From the NCBI RefSeq assembly GCF_001194135.2, contig NC_069002.1, positions 23,876,279-23,940,278 on the forward strand: a DNA stretch of 64,000 nucleotides. Direction: 5' to 3'. Source of the DNA: Octopus bimaculoides (taxonomy: Eukaryota). Of the stretch, positions 13,070-26,529 are shown piece after piece. Both the position numbers and the translations under genes were made by a program. The notes beneath the pieces are model-generated. The model did no database searches, was not told where the DNA came from, and was given only the letters and a program-made list of their open reading frames with translations. Position 1 is the stretch's first letter, and each line of letters opens with the position of its first letter.

Positions 13070-13910
13070 GATAATGTGCAATATTATCCAACTCTCTCTT
13101 TCTTGGTCTACCCTAGGTCCACAACTTCTTGGGGCAGAGTCCTCAAGTACCTCCGCCATAGGGTCCTATCAGAAGCAGCTGTCATTAGACCTTGTAGATG
13201 GATTCCCAAGCATGACCAACACAGGCTATGGACATTATCCAACCATTTCATTCTTGGCCTACCCCTTGGTCTCCTATCTGCAGAGGGGGTAGAGTCCTCA
13301 AGCACCTTCTCCACAGGGTCCTTCTTGTTTTTGGTCTACCCCTTGGTCTCCTGCCAGTTGGCTCGGCTTGAAGAATTCGTCTTACGACCCTTTCTTGCAA
13401 CATTTTAAATACATGTCCGTACTACCGCACAGGTGACTTCTCAATATGGAGCAGTAGATGCACGGTGTGCAGCGACTCCCTGATCACCGAGCTACACACC
13501 CTGTGGAATAACTTTCTTGCAGACACCCTTCGGAGGAAAACCATTTTGGTTGATCGTATTCTCGATCCTGCTCTTTCGGTCATTATTCAACACTCATGAC
13601 AGAAATTCCATGTTGTCTGCAAATATCAGCTAAGCCATTCAATGAATGCTGGAGATTATCTTCTGATGAACCAAGTAGCACCATGTTGTCTTCAAATATC
13701 AGCTAACCAACCTGATCATTGTGATACCATTTCCACAACTGCTGCACATGTTAATCCAGTTATGAAAGCTATGAAGAAGAGAGGTAATGATATATATTCC
13801 TGCTGAGTCTAACACTCATGTTGAAAGCCTTTGACTTAGCACCATCTGGGCATTTGTATAGGGACTTCATGGCAACCAGAAGCTGTCCATTAATCCCAAA
13901 GTCCTGAAAA
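13070..13910 (-). mobile_element. RTE-clade LINE fragment with local duplications of the 3' segment
   Basis: FGINGQLLVAMKSLY..GAKSKAF and RRPRGRPRMKWLDNV...SDRTLWRRYL. The segment ttcttggtctaccc recurs three times. Confidence 0.75.
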
Positions 13911-14470
13911 NNNNNNNNNNNNNNNNNNNNNNNNNNNNNNNNNNNNNNNNNNNNNNNNNNNNNNNNNNNNNNNNNNNNNNNNNNNNNNNNNNNNNNNNNN
14001 NNNNNNNNNNNNNNNNNNNNNNNNNNNNNNNNNNNNNNNNNNNNNNNNNNNNNNNNNNNNNNNNNNNNNNNNATCAAGCAGTGGTGGGAAGACGCACACA
14101 CGTGGGGATCTGATCAAAGATTTTACAATTAAACAAAATAGGAGAAAACTTTTCAAATATAAATGGATTGGAAGTATACAAGAATAAACATTATTTTCCA
14201 TCTTCTTGTTTAGTTTTGTTTCATTTTGAAAAACAAATATATATTTTATGGTTTATTAATTATTGTTTATATTTTGAATTATATATATATAAGGGGGTAC
14301 CAAAAATCTATTAAATGCTAAGGGCTTCATCAGGTCTTAATGCGGCCCTGGTCTTGGATTTCACTTTAAACTTTAAAATAATATTCCATGTGGTTTATAT
14401 GATCGGAAATGTAATATCGAAGTGTTCATAGTGCCATTGTGAGGATCTGATCAAAGATTTTGCAATTTAA

Positions 14471-15094
14471 CCCATTACCTCCCATAATTCTATTAACTGG
14501 AACCTTTTTTTTTTTATGAAACTTTGATTTCTAGCATAAAACAGCCTTAGAAACACGCTGGAATGATCAAATAACATTTCAAAATAACATTTTAAATAGA
14601 AATAAGCGAGATATTGGGTGAAAAATTAGCAAACCTCATTTGAATATCAGAGAAATATACCTAGANNNNNNNNNNATATTGGGTGAAAAATTAGCAAACC
14701 TCATTTGAATATCAGAGAAATATACCTAGATGTGGAGGCAGGGGATGGTGGCGAACCCTGCTGTACTCTTTCATCACAACTTTCTCTCACTCTTACTTCC
14801 TGTTTCTGTTGTGCCTGTGATTCAAAGGGGCCAGCTTTGTCACACTATGTCATGCTGAATATCCCAGAGAACTACGTTAAGGGTACACGTGTCTGTGGAG
14901 TGCTCAGCCACTTGCGCGTTAATTTCACGAGCAGGCTGTTCCGTCGATCAGATCAACTGGAATCCTCAATGTCGTAAGCGACGGAGTGCCAACACATACC
15001 TAGTAGATATAGCAAAAAGGTTAGATACGTGTAAATATTTACGAAATTTGTAATTTTTAAGTGATCTCATATGAGATCACTGGTAGGTAATGGG
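14471..15094. mobile_element. piggyBac-type MITE carrying a SINE-D insertion
   Basis: TTAA|CCCATTACCTCC at the left end; GGTAGGTAATGGG|TTGA at the right end. Confidence 0.6.
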
Positions 15095-15450
15095 TTGAAA
15101 ACGAGTAGGAGAAAGTTTTTCAAATATAAGTGAAACAGAAGTATACAAAAATACACATTATTTTCCATCTTACTGTGAGTTTTGTCCTAAGCACTTTGCT
15201 GGGAGTACTAACGATTCGCCCAGCTCGTAGCATATACATACATACATACATACATACATATAGATATATACATACATACATACAGATATATACATACATA
15301 CATATAGATATATACATGCATATAGATACATACATACATACATATAGATATATACAATCATATATATGGTCTTATGCCTGTATATACATGTTATTGCATT
15401 ATGTATATATGTTGTTATGCACTTATGTTATTGTATCCTGTATATGTGTT

Positions 15451-15491
<41 letters not shown>

Positions 15492-15657
15492 ATGTATATG
15501 CTTATGTACATATTGTGTCTGTATTCTTATATATTTCTATGACTTCGTGTTTGTGCCATGCCTTATAATTCAAGGTGTGTGCCTTTGTCTTAATCATACA
15601 CATTTCATCTCACCTCTCTGGATTATCACTCCCAATAACCTTTTCTCTATTCTTCAG

Positions 15658-15731
15658 GTATGACGATGAGAAGGAAGCCGTGACGCAGTACCAGCAGGTT
15701 CTCCTGGAAGACATTGTGAAAATCGAAATTG
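15658..15731 (+). CDS. INPP5F: INPP5F/SAC2 internal exon (hSac2 domain), [25 protein letters not shown]
   Basis: Pyrimidine tract plus cag acceptor (ttttctctattcttcag), 74-bp exon, gtaagg donor. The peptide resembles vertebrate INPP5F YDDEVDKVNQYQRLSLENLEKIEIG as recalled. Confidence 0.9.
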
Positions 15732-16852
15732 GTAAGGTCTAAATCATTGGTGGATCTAACATACGTTACAGTTATTATGACAGCAACATATCACATTATA
15801 TTACTATTCACACTCTGTATCACCTTATATGACAATTAAAGAGACGGCTGCTCACTGCATTACATCATTGGCAACCACACAGCGCATTACATCATGTGTG
15901 TGTGTGTGTGTGTGTGGCAGCACACTTCACTATATATCCATAATGATACACTACTACAGAAATATATTGTTCACTGCATTACATGAAGCCATGCACATTC
16001 TCACACACACACACGTTATATTGCATTATTATGAAACACCCTTAGAGCACATACTGTGACACTGCACCACACCCATACTGCATTCTGCACTACAAAATAC
16101 AGTGTTGTAAAAGTAGGGGTAGGCTTGACGTGGTTGCTCAGTTTGGTAGAAACTGCAGCTAAATCTCTTTCAAAATTACACCCTGTTAAGAAAATTTTAA
16201 CAATGCAATAAATAATATGTTCCTAGAAAGAAATGTTGGAATGGTCATGTCTAGCATGTCTTTCATTTGTTGGTTCATTGAATTTGGGCTGATCTGGGAT
16301 TAACCAACAATGACAACAGCACTCAATATGACACAGCACAGCATTATATCCCTTACATCACACTAGGCAGAGAACATCTTCCCCACCACCACCATCATTA
16401 TGATTACCACGTCTGCTTGCTTGCTTGTTTGTTCTCCTCCCCCTTCCTCTAATTATCATTAACTTAATTAACATCATCACAACCACCAATATTTCAAACA
16501 TATTCACCTCTATCGCTACCACCACCATCACCAACTGTTTTCTCCATTAACTCTTCTGAAACTAAGAAATGTTGATATAGGTGGGGGTGAGTGAGTGGGC
16601 TTGAGTGGCGGTGGTGGTGGTGGAGTAGCTTTGCCAAATCTAATTCTGCTTCACTCCAAGCTTTTTCTGAGATTTAGAATTTAGAGAGAGAATTTGTGAA
16701 TCTGGTTTTGAGTTATTATTTCTCAGCACTGTTGTGTGTAGTGTGTGAAGCTTACTTTGTAACCATTTGGTTTCAGGTTCAGTCCCACCATGCAGTACCT
16801 TGGAGAAAATCTTTTCTAGTATAGTCCCGTAGACAGACACTGTGGAGACCCA

Positions 16853-16905
<53 letters not shown>

Positions 16906-17164
16906 NNNNNNNNNNNNNNNNNNNNNNNNNNNNNNNNNNNNNNNNNNNNNNNNNNNNNNNNNNNNNNNNNNNNNNNNNNNNNNNNNNNNNNNNNNNNNNN
17001 NNNNNNNNNNNNNTGGTGGTGGAGTAGCTTTGCCAAATCTAATTCTGCTTCACTCCAAGCTTTTTCTGAGATTTAGAATTTAGAGAGAGAATTTGTGAAT
17101 CTGGTTTTGAGTTATTATTTCTCAGCACTGTTGTGTGTAGTGTGTGAAGCTTACTTTGTAACCA

Positions 17165-17505
17165 TTTGGTTTCAGGTTCAGTCCCACTGTGTGGCACCTT
17201 GGGAAAGTGTCTTCTACTATAGCCTCGGGCCAACCAAATCCTTGTGAGTGGATTTGGTTGACGGAAACTGAAAGAAGCCCATCACATGTTTATATATATT
17301 TGTGCATGTATCTGTGTTTGTCTCCCAACCATCGCTTGACAACCAATGTTGGTGTGTTTACATTTTCATAACTTAGCAGTTCAGCAAAAGAGACCGATAG
17401 AAAAAATACTTGATTTACAAAGAATAAGTCCTAGGGTCAATTTGTTTGACTAGAGGCAGTGCTCCAGCATTGCCACTGTCAAAATAACTGAAACCAGTAA
17501 AATAG
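17165..17505 (+). mobile_element. SINE family A
   Basis: Similarity to 278-668. Confidence 0.8.
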
Positions 17506-18371
17506 TATATGTTGGTGCCTGTATAATATATATAGAGGCACAGGTGTGGCTGTGCCTATAGACGCAGGTATGTCTGAGTAATAAGAAACCTGCTTCGTGA
17601 ACTGAAAAAAGTAAGGTATTGCCATTTCTGTTGCATACTCTATGTCACTATCATTAGTTGGCAGAATACTGGATATGGACAGATAGAGTACCATTAATCC
17701 ATTACACAGGCATCGTGACAGAAGAGAGGTGACGATGGGTGAAGTTGGAGACATTGGATATAACGAATCAAATGCCATTCCTTGTTAAGTGTTGGGTTAC
17801 AGTGGAGAGGGTGAAGAGTGAAAGATGAGCAGATAATGAAGAGAGCAGTCGTTGGGGATTTAACATGGAGACAATAAAGGGGAAGGAGAGATCAGACAAT
17901 GCAGCCCCAGATATACAAAACAGAAGAGACCGTCATGGATGGAATACCTTTGATCAAAGGAGCTTTGCTTCATCAGAATTGTCTTGTTAAATAATTGTGG
18001 TTAAATAACAACAATAACAGAAAAATAATCAATATCATTTGGGAAATAAATTAAAAAAAAAACATTAAAAAAAATCACATTTCTGATAATTATTCTAGTT
18101 AATCAGTTCACATCTAATTCTAATAGAAATCATAAATTATCATTGTTTTTTTTTTGGTTCTTTTAAAAACTTCAAAATTTTTTTAAAAGTTTTTTTTTAT
18201 TATTTTGTATAAACAAATTATAAAGCAACATTTTGCTTTTTGTTGTTTTGGTGGGGTTTTTGTTTTTCTTTTACTATTTTCATGGAAGAATGACTAGAAT
18301 GATGTGAGAAAGATAGCTTAAATCACAGATTTTATAATTTAGAAATTAACAATAACAACAGTAATTAGAAG

Positions 18372-18735
18372 CTGACACGGCTGTGTGGTTAAAAAGTTTG
18401 CTTAGTAAGCACATGGTTTGGGGTTCAGTCCCTCTGCACGGTACCTTGCTCAAGTGTCTTTTACTATAACCCTGCATCAAACAATGCCAGACAGTGGAAT
18501 TGGAGAATGGAAACTATGTGGAAGCCTATCATGTGTATGTGTGTGTGTGTCCCTTCTTCCCCGCTCAACAACTGGTGTTGGTTTATGCCCTCATAACTTA
18601 GCAGTTTGGCCTAAGAGATCGATAGAATAAGTGCCAGGCTTAAAACCTAAGTACCTGCATTGATTTGTTTGACTGAAACCCTTCAAGGCAGTGCTCCAGC
18701 ATGGCCACAGGCCAATGACTGAAACAACTAAAATA
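18372..18735 (+). mobile_element. SINE family A
   Basis: Similarity to 278-668. Confidence 0.75.
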
Positions 18736-19636
18736 TACAAATCACACAAAACATTTTCCAGTTCATCGTGTTGCATCCATTTTTCCATGCTGGAATGGTT
18801 TGGATGGATGGCTTGCCATGGTTGGACTCTGCGTATATTTAAAGGTGTTGCTTGTCTAGATATATCATAGGACTACATCATGTTCATGCATTTCATTTTA
18901 CACATGGTTTCTAAGTCTAGGTGCCCTTCCTAATGCCAATCACTTTACAGTGGGGAATGTTTTTTTTTTATCTTTTGCATGGTGTCAGTGCTGGTACACT
19001 TTTACAGCCAAGTGGACTGGAGTAATATGACATGGAGTGCCATGATCAAGAATACAATGCACTGCCCTATTTAGGAACTGAACCCATGACATTGTGATCA
19101 TAAGTCGAATACCTTTACCACCAGATCACATGCTTTCATATTTCCAGATTTACTGATCTTTAAACTTTTAACATTTCAGTTGGCCATACCTGGTACAGAT
19201 ATTCTACTTGTTTTATTGTCAAATCGCCCAGAACTGGCCTCTCTCTCTCTTACCTATCTTACTAAGGCATTTTAAAAATAAACAATCACACCATTGAAAT
19301 CTCAAAGCTATGAGATAATCCATGATTAATTCAAAACAATGTGGATAAATAGGGATTACATTTGACCAATTAATTTGAATCCCACTTTTTCTTTTCACAC
19401 CTGCCCTTCCTTCTTACTCTTCTTTTGTACATTCCTGGCTCTGCCTTCATGCACTTAAACTGACCACATCTGGCCTAAATATTCTGCTTGTTTAATGCTG
19501 AGATTGGCCATATTCAGTGTCTCACACCTACCCTACAATGTCATTCTAAAAATAAATGATCACATGATTGAAATTTCAAGGCTATAAGATAATGCATGGG
19601 TAATTCAAAACTATGTGAATAAGTATTACATTAGAT

Positions 19637-20226
19637 CACATGTTCTCAAAGTGGGTGCTCCCCCCCCCCCCGGTGGGCATTGAGATGGTCCAGGTGGACA
19701 CTGGTGCCTAAGGTACAGTGGGTGGGGGACGGTAGAGAAAAAGGAGGTGTTGAGAGGAAGGTAGTGGACTGGGGAACGCTATCACCATCATCATCATCAT
19801 CATCATCATCGTCGTCGTCGTTTAATGTCCGCTTTCCATGCTAGCATGGGTTGGACGGTTTGACTGAGGACTGGTGAACCAGAAGCCTGCACCAGACTCC
19901 TATCTGATCTGGCAAAGTTTTTACAGCTAAATGCCCTTCCTAACGCCAACCACTCCAAGAGTGTTGTGGGTGCTTTTACATACCACAAGCACAAGGGCCA
20001 GTCAGGCAGGACTGGCAACAACCATGCTCAAAAGGTGTTTTTTACATGCCACCTGCATATAATATTATTATAGTATTGTTTACAAATTATCTGATATTCT
20101 ATTAAATATCAATTTATTCATAGTATTTATAAATTAGTAAAATATAAAATAAAAATAAGAGTGGAGGCGCTGGGGGTATTATGTAGCCATGAGTGGGGCA
20201 GTGGCCCAAAAGTTTGAGATCCTCTG
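19637..20226. mobile_element. hAT (Charlie-like) MITE
   Basis: 8-bp TSD CATTAGAT at 19629-19636 and 20227-20234. Ends are CACATGTTCTCAAA and TTTGAGATCCTCTG. Confidence 0.75.
19780..20057 (-). mobile_element. Retroposon family B ((GAT)n tail)
   Basis: (cat)n cgtttaatgtccgctttccatgctagcatgggttgg...gcccttcctaacgccaacc. Confidence 0.8.
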
Positions 20227-21764
20227 CATTAGATGGAATAATCTAAATGGTAAAGTGTTAAAAGAATTTACTGTCTGAAGATCTTGAAATGCCAAAACAG
20301 AGACTGACTTGGTACAACATTGCAAATCTGGGAGGGTATTTCAATTTAGTGACACTACCTTCACAATGCAAATCCTATTTAGTTTCCTCACCCAAAACAC
20401 AATTTACACAGCAAATATTCTACACAGTTTCCCTATCAAAATTAGAAATCCCATGATGAACCAATCTATTGGATGTCGTTATAATTCACTGGTCACAATG
20501 TGTTTTGCATCATTTTAGCTTTTGAATGTCACCTTGCTGATTTGGCAAGCAGGCCAACATTCCCCCACACCAGAAGGCTATTCGATTGCAGGGTTATCCA
20601 TTTACAGCTAAGTGGACTGGGGCAACATGAAATGAAGTGTTTTGCTCAAGAACACAATGCGCTCCCCACTCTATAATTGAACTCACGACCTGAAGATCCT
20701 AAGTGCAATGCCCTAACCCACTATGCCATGCGCCTCCACACTCTACAATAAATAGAAAAGTAAGAGTCGCTCAAGCATCCACCATCATCCTTTTAACAAA
20801 AACTATGTTATTTTACTGCAGAGCCTGTGTTTCTCTGGCCTTTATTCTTGATTCTCTTTTAACCCTAATGTGACCACCTCTGCCTTATAGATGCATTAGT
20901 TGGAAAAATAAATCTATTATACTATTTCTGTAATGACCATCATTGTCTTTACATCCAATTTTTCCATGCTGGTATGAGGTGAATGAAACTCACAATAGCA
21001 GTGTTCAATGGCTGGATGCTTTTCCTGTTGCCAACGTTTTTTTTTTTTTTTTTAATAAACTGTTTTTCCTTTCATTGAACTTTACACTTTGAAATGTTCA
21101 AAACCACTAAGGTATTGCTTACAGAATATGTAACAATCATCTCCAGTTCTCATATATAATGTCAATATATGAAGACACAGAGACATGTGCACACATGCAT
21201 CAACACATACACATGCATACACACTCATTCAAACACTGGATTACCAATATCATAACCACCAATTCTTCTTCAAACAACCATTGTAATTTTACGTCCATTT
21301 TTCTCTGCTGGCATGGGTTAGATGATTTCATAAGATGCATTAGGACAGCGGCCCACTTCTTACTCTAATGTCACACTTTTGACATGGTTTCTATGGCTGG
21401 ATACTCTTTCTAATGCATACCAACTATTTTACAGTGTACTGGCTGGGGTATACTATGGGCTTCTTTACAGTTTCCTTCTACCAAATTTCACTTACAAAAC
21501 CTGGGTCAGTTTGATGCTGTCATAAAATACACTTGCCATACACTAGGACAAGGTTGCAAACATCATTAGCATGTTGGAAGAAATGCTAAGTTCAAATCCC
21601 ACTGAGGTCAACTTTAGTTTTCATCTTTTCAAGGTCAATAAAATAAAGTACCAGTCAAGTACTATGGGCAATGTGATCGACATGTCCCCTCTCCTCAATA
21701 TAGCTGATATTGATCCCTGCAATGGGCTAGCGCCCTTTTCAAGGTGAATGTTATGATCGAGATT

Positions 21765-22190
21765 ACTTGGCATGCAATAAGCACCATTCATGCGTGGATC
21801 ATTGCCAGTGCCGCCTGACTAGCTCCCCATGCTGGTGATGCGTAAAAGCATCATCCGAATGTGGTCGATGTCAGCACCCCTGCCCCGACTGGCTCCTGTG
21901 CTGGTGGCATGTAAAAAGCACCATCTGAATGTGGCTGATGCCAGTGCTGCCTGACTGGCTCCCATGCCAGTGGCATGTAAAACACACCCACTACACTCTG
22001 GGAGTGGTTGGCGTTTGGAAGGACATCTGTAGGAAGGGCAGCTGTAGGAAGGGCAGCTGAAGAAGCCATGCCAGATCAGATTGGAGCCTGATGCAGCCTC
22101 CTGGCTTGCCTGTCCCCAGTCAAAACCGTCCAACCCATGCCAGCATGGAAAACAGGCGTTAAACGATGATGATGATGGTGATGATGATCT
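21765..22190 (+). mobile_element. Retroposon family B with internal 66-bp repeats
   Basis: About 3 internal units, then the conserved tail ending (gat)n. Confidence 0.8.
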
Positions 22191-22679
22191 GGAAACCAGA
22201 TAACCATCCTTATGAGTCACAGGACTCAAGAAAAGTATTTTAAAATACATCAGAATGAAAACCCGAAACCACATGTTTACAAAGCAAGCTTCTTGACCAC
22301 ATAGCTATGTCTGCACTAACAGCAATGTTTATTTATCTTATAGATGCAAAGTGTTGCCATTAGCATACAAAGATAATCAGTTCTATGTAGATTGAATATT
22401 AATGAATAGAATTGTGTATCAAGTGAACTGCCATCTATAAAAACATAAATGTGCAAGAGAAGCAGAAGATATAAGCACTACCAAACATTAAGTTAAAGAA
22501 CAGGTAATTTATTTATGTAGAAAAAGAATTCTTAGTACACAAACTGAACATTTCTTGCGACTGGATATTTTATTTAATGAGAACCTTGTAGCTGATGCAA
22601 ACTCACAAGTTTTTCAATAACTGATTACACTTACATTATTTACATTACACGGATATTTGTCCTCATCTTGTTTGTCGTT

Positions 22680-22722
22680 AACACGTTTCGGCTGATATAC
22701 CCTCCAGCCTTCTTCAGGTGTC
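22680..22722 (-). ncRNA. Minimal hammerhead motif, family 1 (3-nt deletion at cleavage site)
   Basis: gacac CUGAAGA a GGCUG-gagggtatat-CAGCC GAAA c gtgtt. Confidence 0.7.
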
Positions 22723-22802
22723 TTGGGGAAATTTCGAACCTGGGTTCTCATTCCTAAGATATTTTTCAATGTTATTATTATTATTATTATTATTATTGTT
22801 CA

Positions 22803-22874
22803 GGTCACTGCTTGGAATCAAATTCGGAATCTTGGGGTCAGTAGCCCACACTCTCAATCACTATGCCATATGCC
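22803..22874 (-). promoter_or_regulatory. tRNA-like segment (A/B boxes) in PLE 3' region
   Basis: Reverse complement GGCATATGGCATAGTGATTGAGAGTGTGGGCTACTGACCCCAAGATTCCGAATTTGATTCCAAGCAGTGACC, starting about 30 nt after the GIY-YIG stop codon. Confidence 0.65.
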
Positions 22875-23618
22875 TGTGGGCAATTATGAAGTTAATTTTA
22901 GGGCTTATAAATCTAATATTCTCCCATCCTTCCTTAGTACCGGTTCCCATATGCTGCTCATATCTGCACTCAGACTGCTTAGGAGGTTGTTGTGTTCTAG
23001 CATACGTGCTGCTTCTTTTAGTTTTCATATTTTCCAGTGGTGTTCTCTGTCTATTGTTTTCACTTCATCCCACAAGGAGAGGTGGTCTCCATTTTTCCAT
23101 ACATGATCAGCTATACTCAATTTATCAATATCTCGTGTCACATCTTTGTTCATCTACCCTTATTTTGAGGGGATGGCATGTTTCGCCTTTGTATAACCTA
23201 CCACAGTTGCGGTCTTTGGTCATTTTCTCTTCTATTGGTGGTTTTACTCGAAGGAGATATTTGCGAAGTGTTGTATTACTCTTGAATACTGTCCTGATGT
23301 CATATGGGCCGCATATCTTTTGTATCTTTTCGGAGAGGCCTTTCACATAGGGTGGACAGTGTATTGGCCTAATCCTCTCTCTTCTTCATAACTGGAGTGG
23401 ATAATATACTTTCGGGGTAGTTGTCGCTTAACAGATCATTAGGACACAACAACCTCCTAAGCAGACAGTAGTGGTTAAGAGTGCAGGCTACTAACCCCAA
23501 GATTCCGAGTTCGATTCCAAGCAGTGATCTGAATAATAATAATAATAATAATAATAATGATAATAACAACATTGAAAAATACCTTAGGAATGAGAACCCA
23601 GGTTCAAAATTTCCACAA

Positions 23619-23661
23619 GACACCTGAAGAAGGTTGGAGGGTATATCAGCCGAAACATGTT
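23619..23661 (+). ncRNA. Minimal hammerhead motif, family 1 (3-nt deletion variant)
   Basis: gacac CUGAAGA a ggttg...cagcc GAAA catgtt. Confidence 0.65.
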
Positions 23662-24051
23662 AACGACAAACAAGATGAGGACAAATATTTGTCAAATGTA
23701 AATAATGTAAATAATTCCTCATCTCTTAAATATAGAACTGAACTGATTACACTGTTATTAATGACAAATGAAAATTCCTTCTTACAACATCCTGACAGGT
23801 GTGAGTTTTTAATAAAAGTCACCAGAACATTAACAGTCAACTATTAGAATGTTTTATAGGTATGTTTGCTGACAAAGAATGAAATATAAGGATTATATGT
23901 GAGTATACATATAAGAGACCCTTCTGAAATATCTGTTGACTTTCCATGTCCCTTATTTTCTTTTTTATTTTGTGATATGCCTTAGAATATGGAATGGCAC
24001 ATAAAGGGTCATATGGCTGGTATATAGCATTGGTATATAGTTTGTAGTGTA

Positions 24052-24215
24052 CGAGGGAGTACTGAAAAGTTCCTGGCTTTGGGTAAAAGAAAATAGAGGA
24101 GGATCAGTTAATTATGATTTTATCCAACATATTCTCCTCTCTGATTCACACACTTATTACAACAGTCCTTTAGTAAAAGGACTTGGAAGGCTGGACCTCC
24201 AACCAGGCCTTTCAC
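24052..24215 (+). mobile_element. Mariner-type terminal fragment/MITE
   Basis: TA followed by CGAGGGAGTACTGAAAAGTTCC, a mariner-like TIR start. Confidence 0.5.
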
Positions 24216-25394
24216 AATATGCTTAAGGTCAGGAACTTTTCAAGACCCACTCGTATGAATTCTGATGATCAAAAGTATGGATTTTATCCTCATCATTTAA
24301 TGCTGATATTTTTATGCTTGCATGGGTCAGACAGGATTTGCTGGGGTAGATTTTCTACCCCCAGATGCACTTCCTGTCATCAAACCTCGCCTGTTTCCAG
24401 TTAAAATAATATTTCCCCTAAAGTAGATATGATTTTCACGAAAGACTGGAAGCTAACAACCTCACGTGTATGATGATGATGCTCATTTACAACCATCACA
24501 ACAAGGTTACACAAATATGCATACATACATACACACACACACGATGGACTTCGTTTAGTTTCCGTCTACTCACAAGGCTTTTATCTATAATAAAAGTCAC
24601 TTACTCAAGGTGCCACACAGTGGGACTGAACCCAAGACAACTTGACAGGGAATCAAGTTTCTTTACCTCATCGCCACACTTGCTCCTATTACATTTGTTC
24701 ACTTGGAATATATTTGTATCTTGTTATTCTTTTCAAATCTGATATCCTGCTCATTTTCATTTCGAAATTCTTTTCCCTTGATATTTCTATCACTTGTATT
24801 CAAAAAAGGATTGCTGTATCTATCAAAATAATGGCTTAATACAGTAAAAGATTGCTTTTGTGCAATACGAGCATTTGTCACTTTACCATTTGGTGCATCA
24901 GTACTTTACATGTCTCCTCTCTCATCATACACAAATAGAGATTGAGGGTGGGGTTCGCAACCACAAAGCACATCAAACATTTTATTACACTGGCTGGGGT
25001 AACATACAAGTCTGCCACAATAAAATCAAATCAACTACGTTGTTATCTACTGGAAGGTGCTCTATAGGCAGAAACAGTTAAGATTCTCCAGTTGACCATA
25101 ACACATTGGGCGAAATGCTTCGCAGTATTTTGCCCATTGCACTGTTCTGAGTTCAAATTCTGCTGAGGTCAAGCTACATCTTTAGATGAAATGTCAGCCA
25201 GGTCTCAAAGGTGGTGTCTTTTTCTTACCAAGCTGATGTGCACCTTGCTGTAGTGTTGTTCAGTTTAACCACTGTTTGTGGTTAAGGATGAAGACTCACA
25301 ACCGCAATAGGGCTAAAAATTAGTGTATAGCTGCCATATTCTAGAAGGCTTGAGACTTCTTCAGGAGAGACAGATTCGTTTCAAACAAATACAA

Positions 25395-26390
25395 AACTCT
25401 ATTCTCCTTCAAAGTAGGATCCTTTAACTTCAATGCATTTTCTGCATGTCAGTTACTTCACGAAGACCCCTTAAAAGTCCTCCAAAGTGAAGTTGTTCTC
25501 ACAGCCTCCATCTTCTCAATGCTGTTAAGATTACTGCCCAAGGTTCTCCTTCAGCTTGAGGAATGACCAAAAGTCACAGGTAGCAAGGTCTAGACTATGG
25601 GGAAGGTGAGGGACAGTTTTGATGCCCATCTCTTTCAAGTAGTTGGTTACCAAGATGGAACTGTGGACTGGTGTGTTGTTCTGGTGCTGATGCCACCAAC
25701 CTGAGTGGAAGAGCCTTGGTCTTTTGCAAAAAGAAAATTTCTTCCTGAACTCCCTCAGAACCTCCACAATGTATTCATTGTTGATTGTTTGGCCAGAGGG
25801 AACCCAATGGATGTAGATGATGGCCTTGTGGTTGTAAAAGGGATCATCATGGTGGCCTTGTTTTGCCTTGGCCTTCTTGGATCTGGATGAGTGAGGATAC
25901 TTCTATTGGGCACTCTGTCTATTGGTCTCTGGATCATAACATTACACCCAGCTTTCATCACAGATCACCAGAGACTAAAGTAATCTTAGATTGGAGATAA
26001 TAAGCTCAACCATTTCCCTTCTGTCACCAATGCTTATTTCCTTCGGTTCATCTCTGACCACCCTTGGAACGAAGTTCAAGTTTTCGGCATGTTCAGATCT
26101 TTATGAATAATTCTGTGTAGAGTTGCCTCGTCAACTCAGAACTGTATGCTTATTGTCTTTATAGACAAACAGTTTCATCCTGATAATTGTGAATTTTTTC
26201 AATTGGCTGTAATGTCTCTCTCCTTCCCACACTCACCTCCTCTCTACCTCTTTAAACCTCTTGTACCAGGAAGGAAAAAACATGCTCAGCTCATACAAGT
26301 TAATCCATGCCCAGTTGAACACAAAACCCAATTGCTTAGCAAGCTTCCAAATTGTCTTCACATCCTGACAGCATTCCACAAAACTAGTCA
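25395..26390 (-). mobile_element. Degenerate mariner (DD34D-type) transposase
   Basis: Fragments: YDPETNRQ (alternate frame), MIPF, EVLREFRKKF, HQNNTPVHSS.LVTNYLKEMGIKTVPHLPHSLDLATCDFW.F.KLKENL, and terminal KCIEVKGSYFEGE*. Confidence 0.88.
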
Positions 26391-26529
26391 GCCATAACAA
26401 GCAGGGTTTCGTAGGGTGTATTATATGGGCTGTTACAGAAGTTTCCTTTTATCTGGAATAAAGAAAAGTTGGTGGCAGGTCAGCTTATTAGATGTATACT
26501 TATTAAAAATCACCTGGATCAGCTAGGCT

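Larger units (their letters stand above)
22640..23740. mobile_element. Penelope-like element insertion: 5'-truncated GIY-YIG fragment (minus) with inverted terminal-repeat arm (plus)
   Basis: Minus-strand PYVKGLSEKIQKICGPYDIRTVFKS...CGRLYKGETCHPLKIRVDE...SIADHVWKNGDH..WDEVKTIDREHHWK.KLKEAA is the typical PLE GIY-YIG C-terminus, here with stops and frameshifts. The arms carry the same terminal unit in opposite orientation. Confidence 0.88.

Noticed and set aside
14620-14730. Short exact duplication across a 10-N gap
   Set aside because: Contig overlap artefact.
16615-17187. 174-bp exact duplication (16615-16788 = 17014-17187)
   Set aside because: The copies sit either side of an N gap and are identical. 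Most likely a haplotype or scaffolding artefact.
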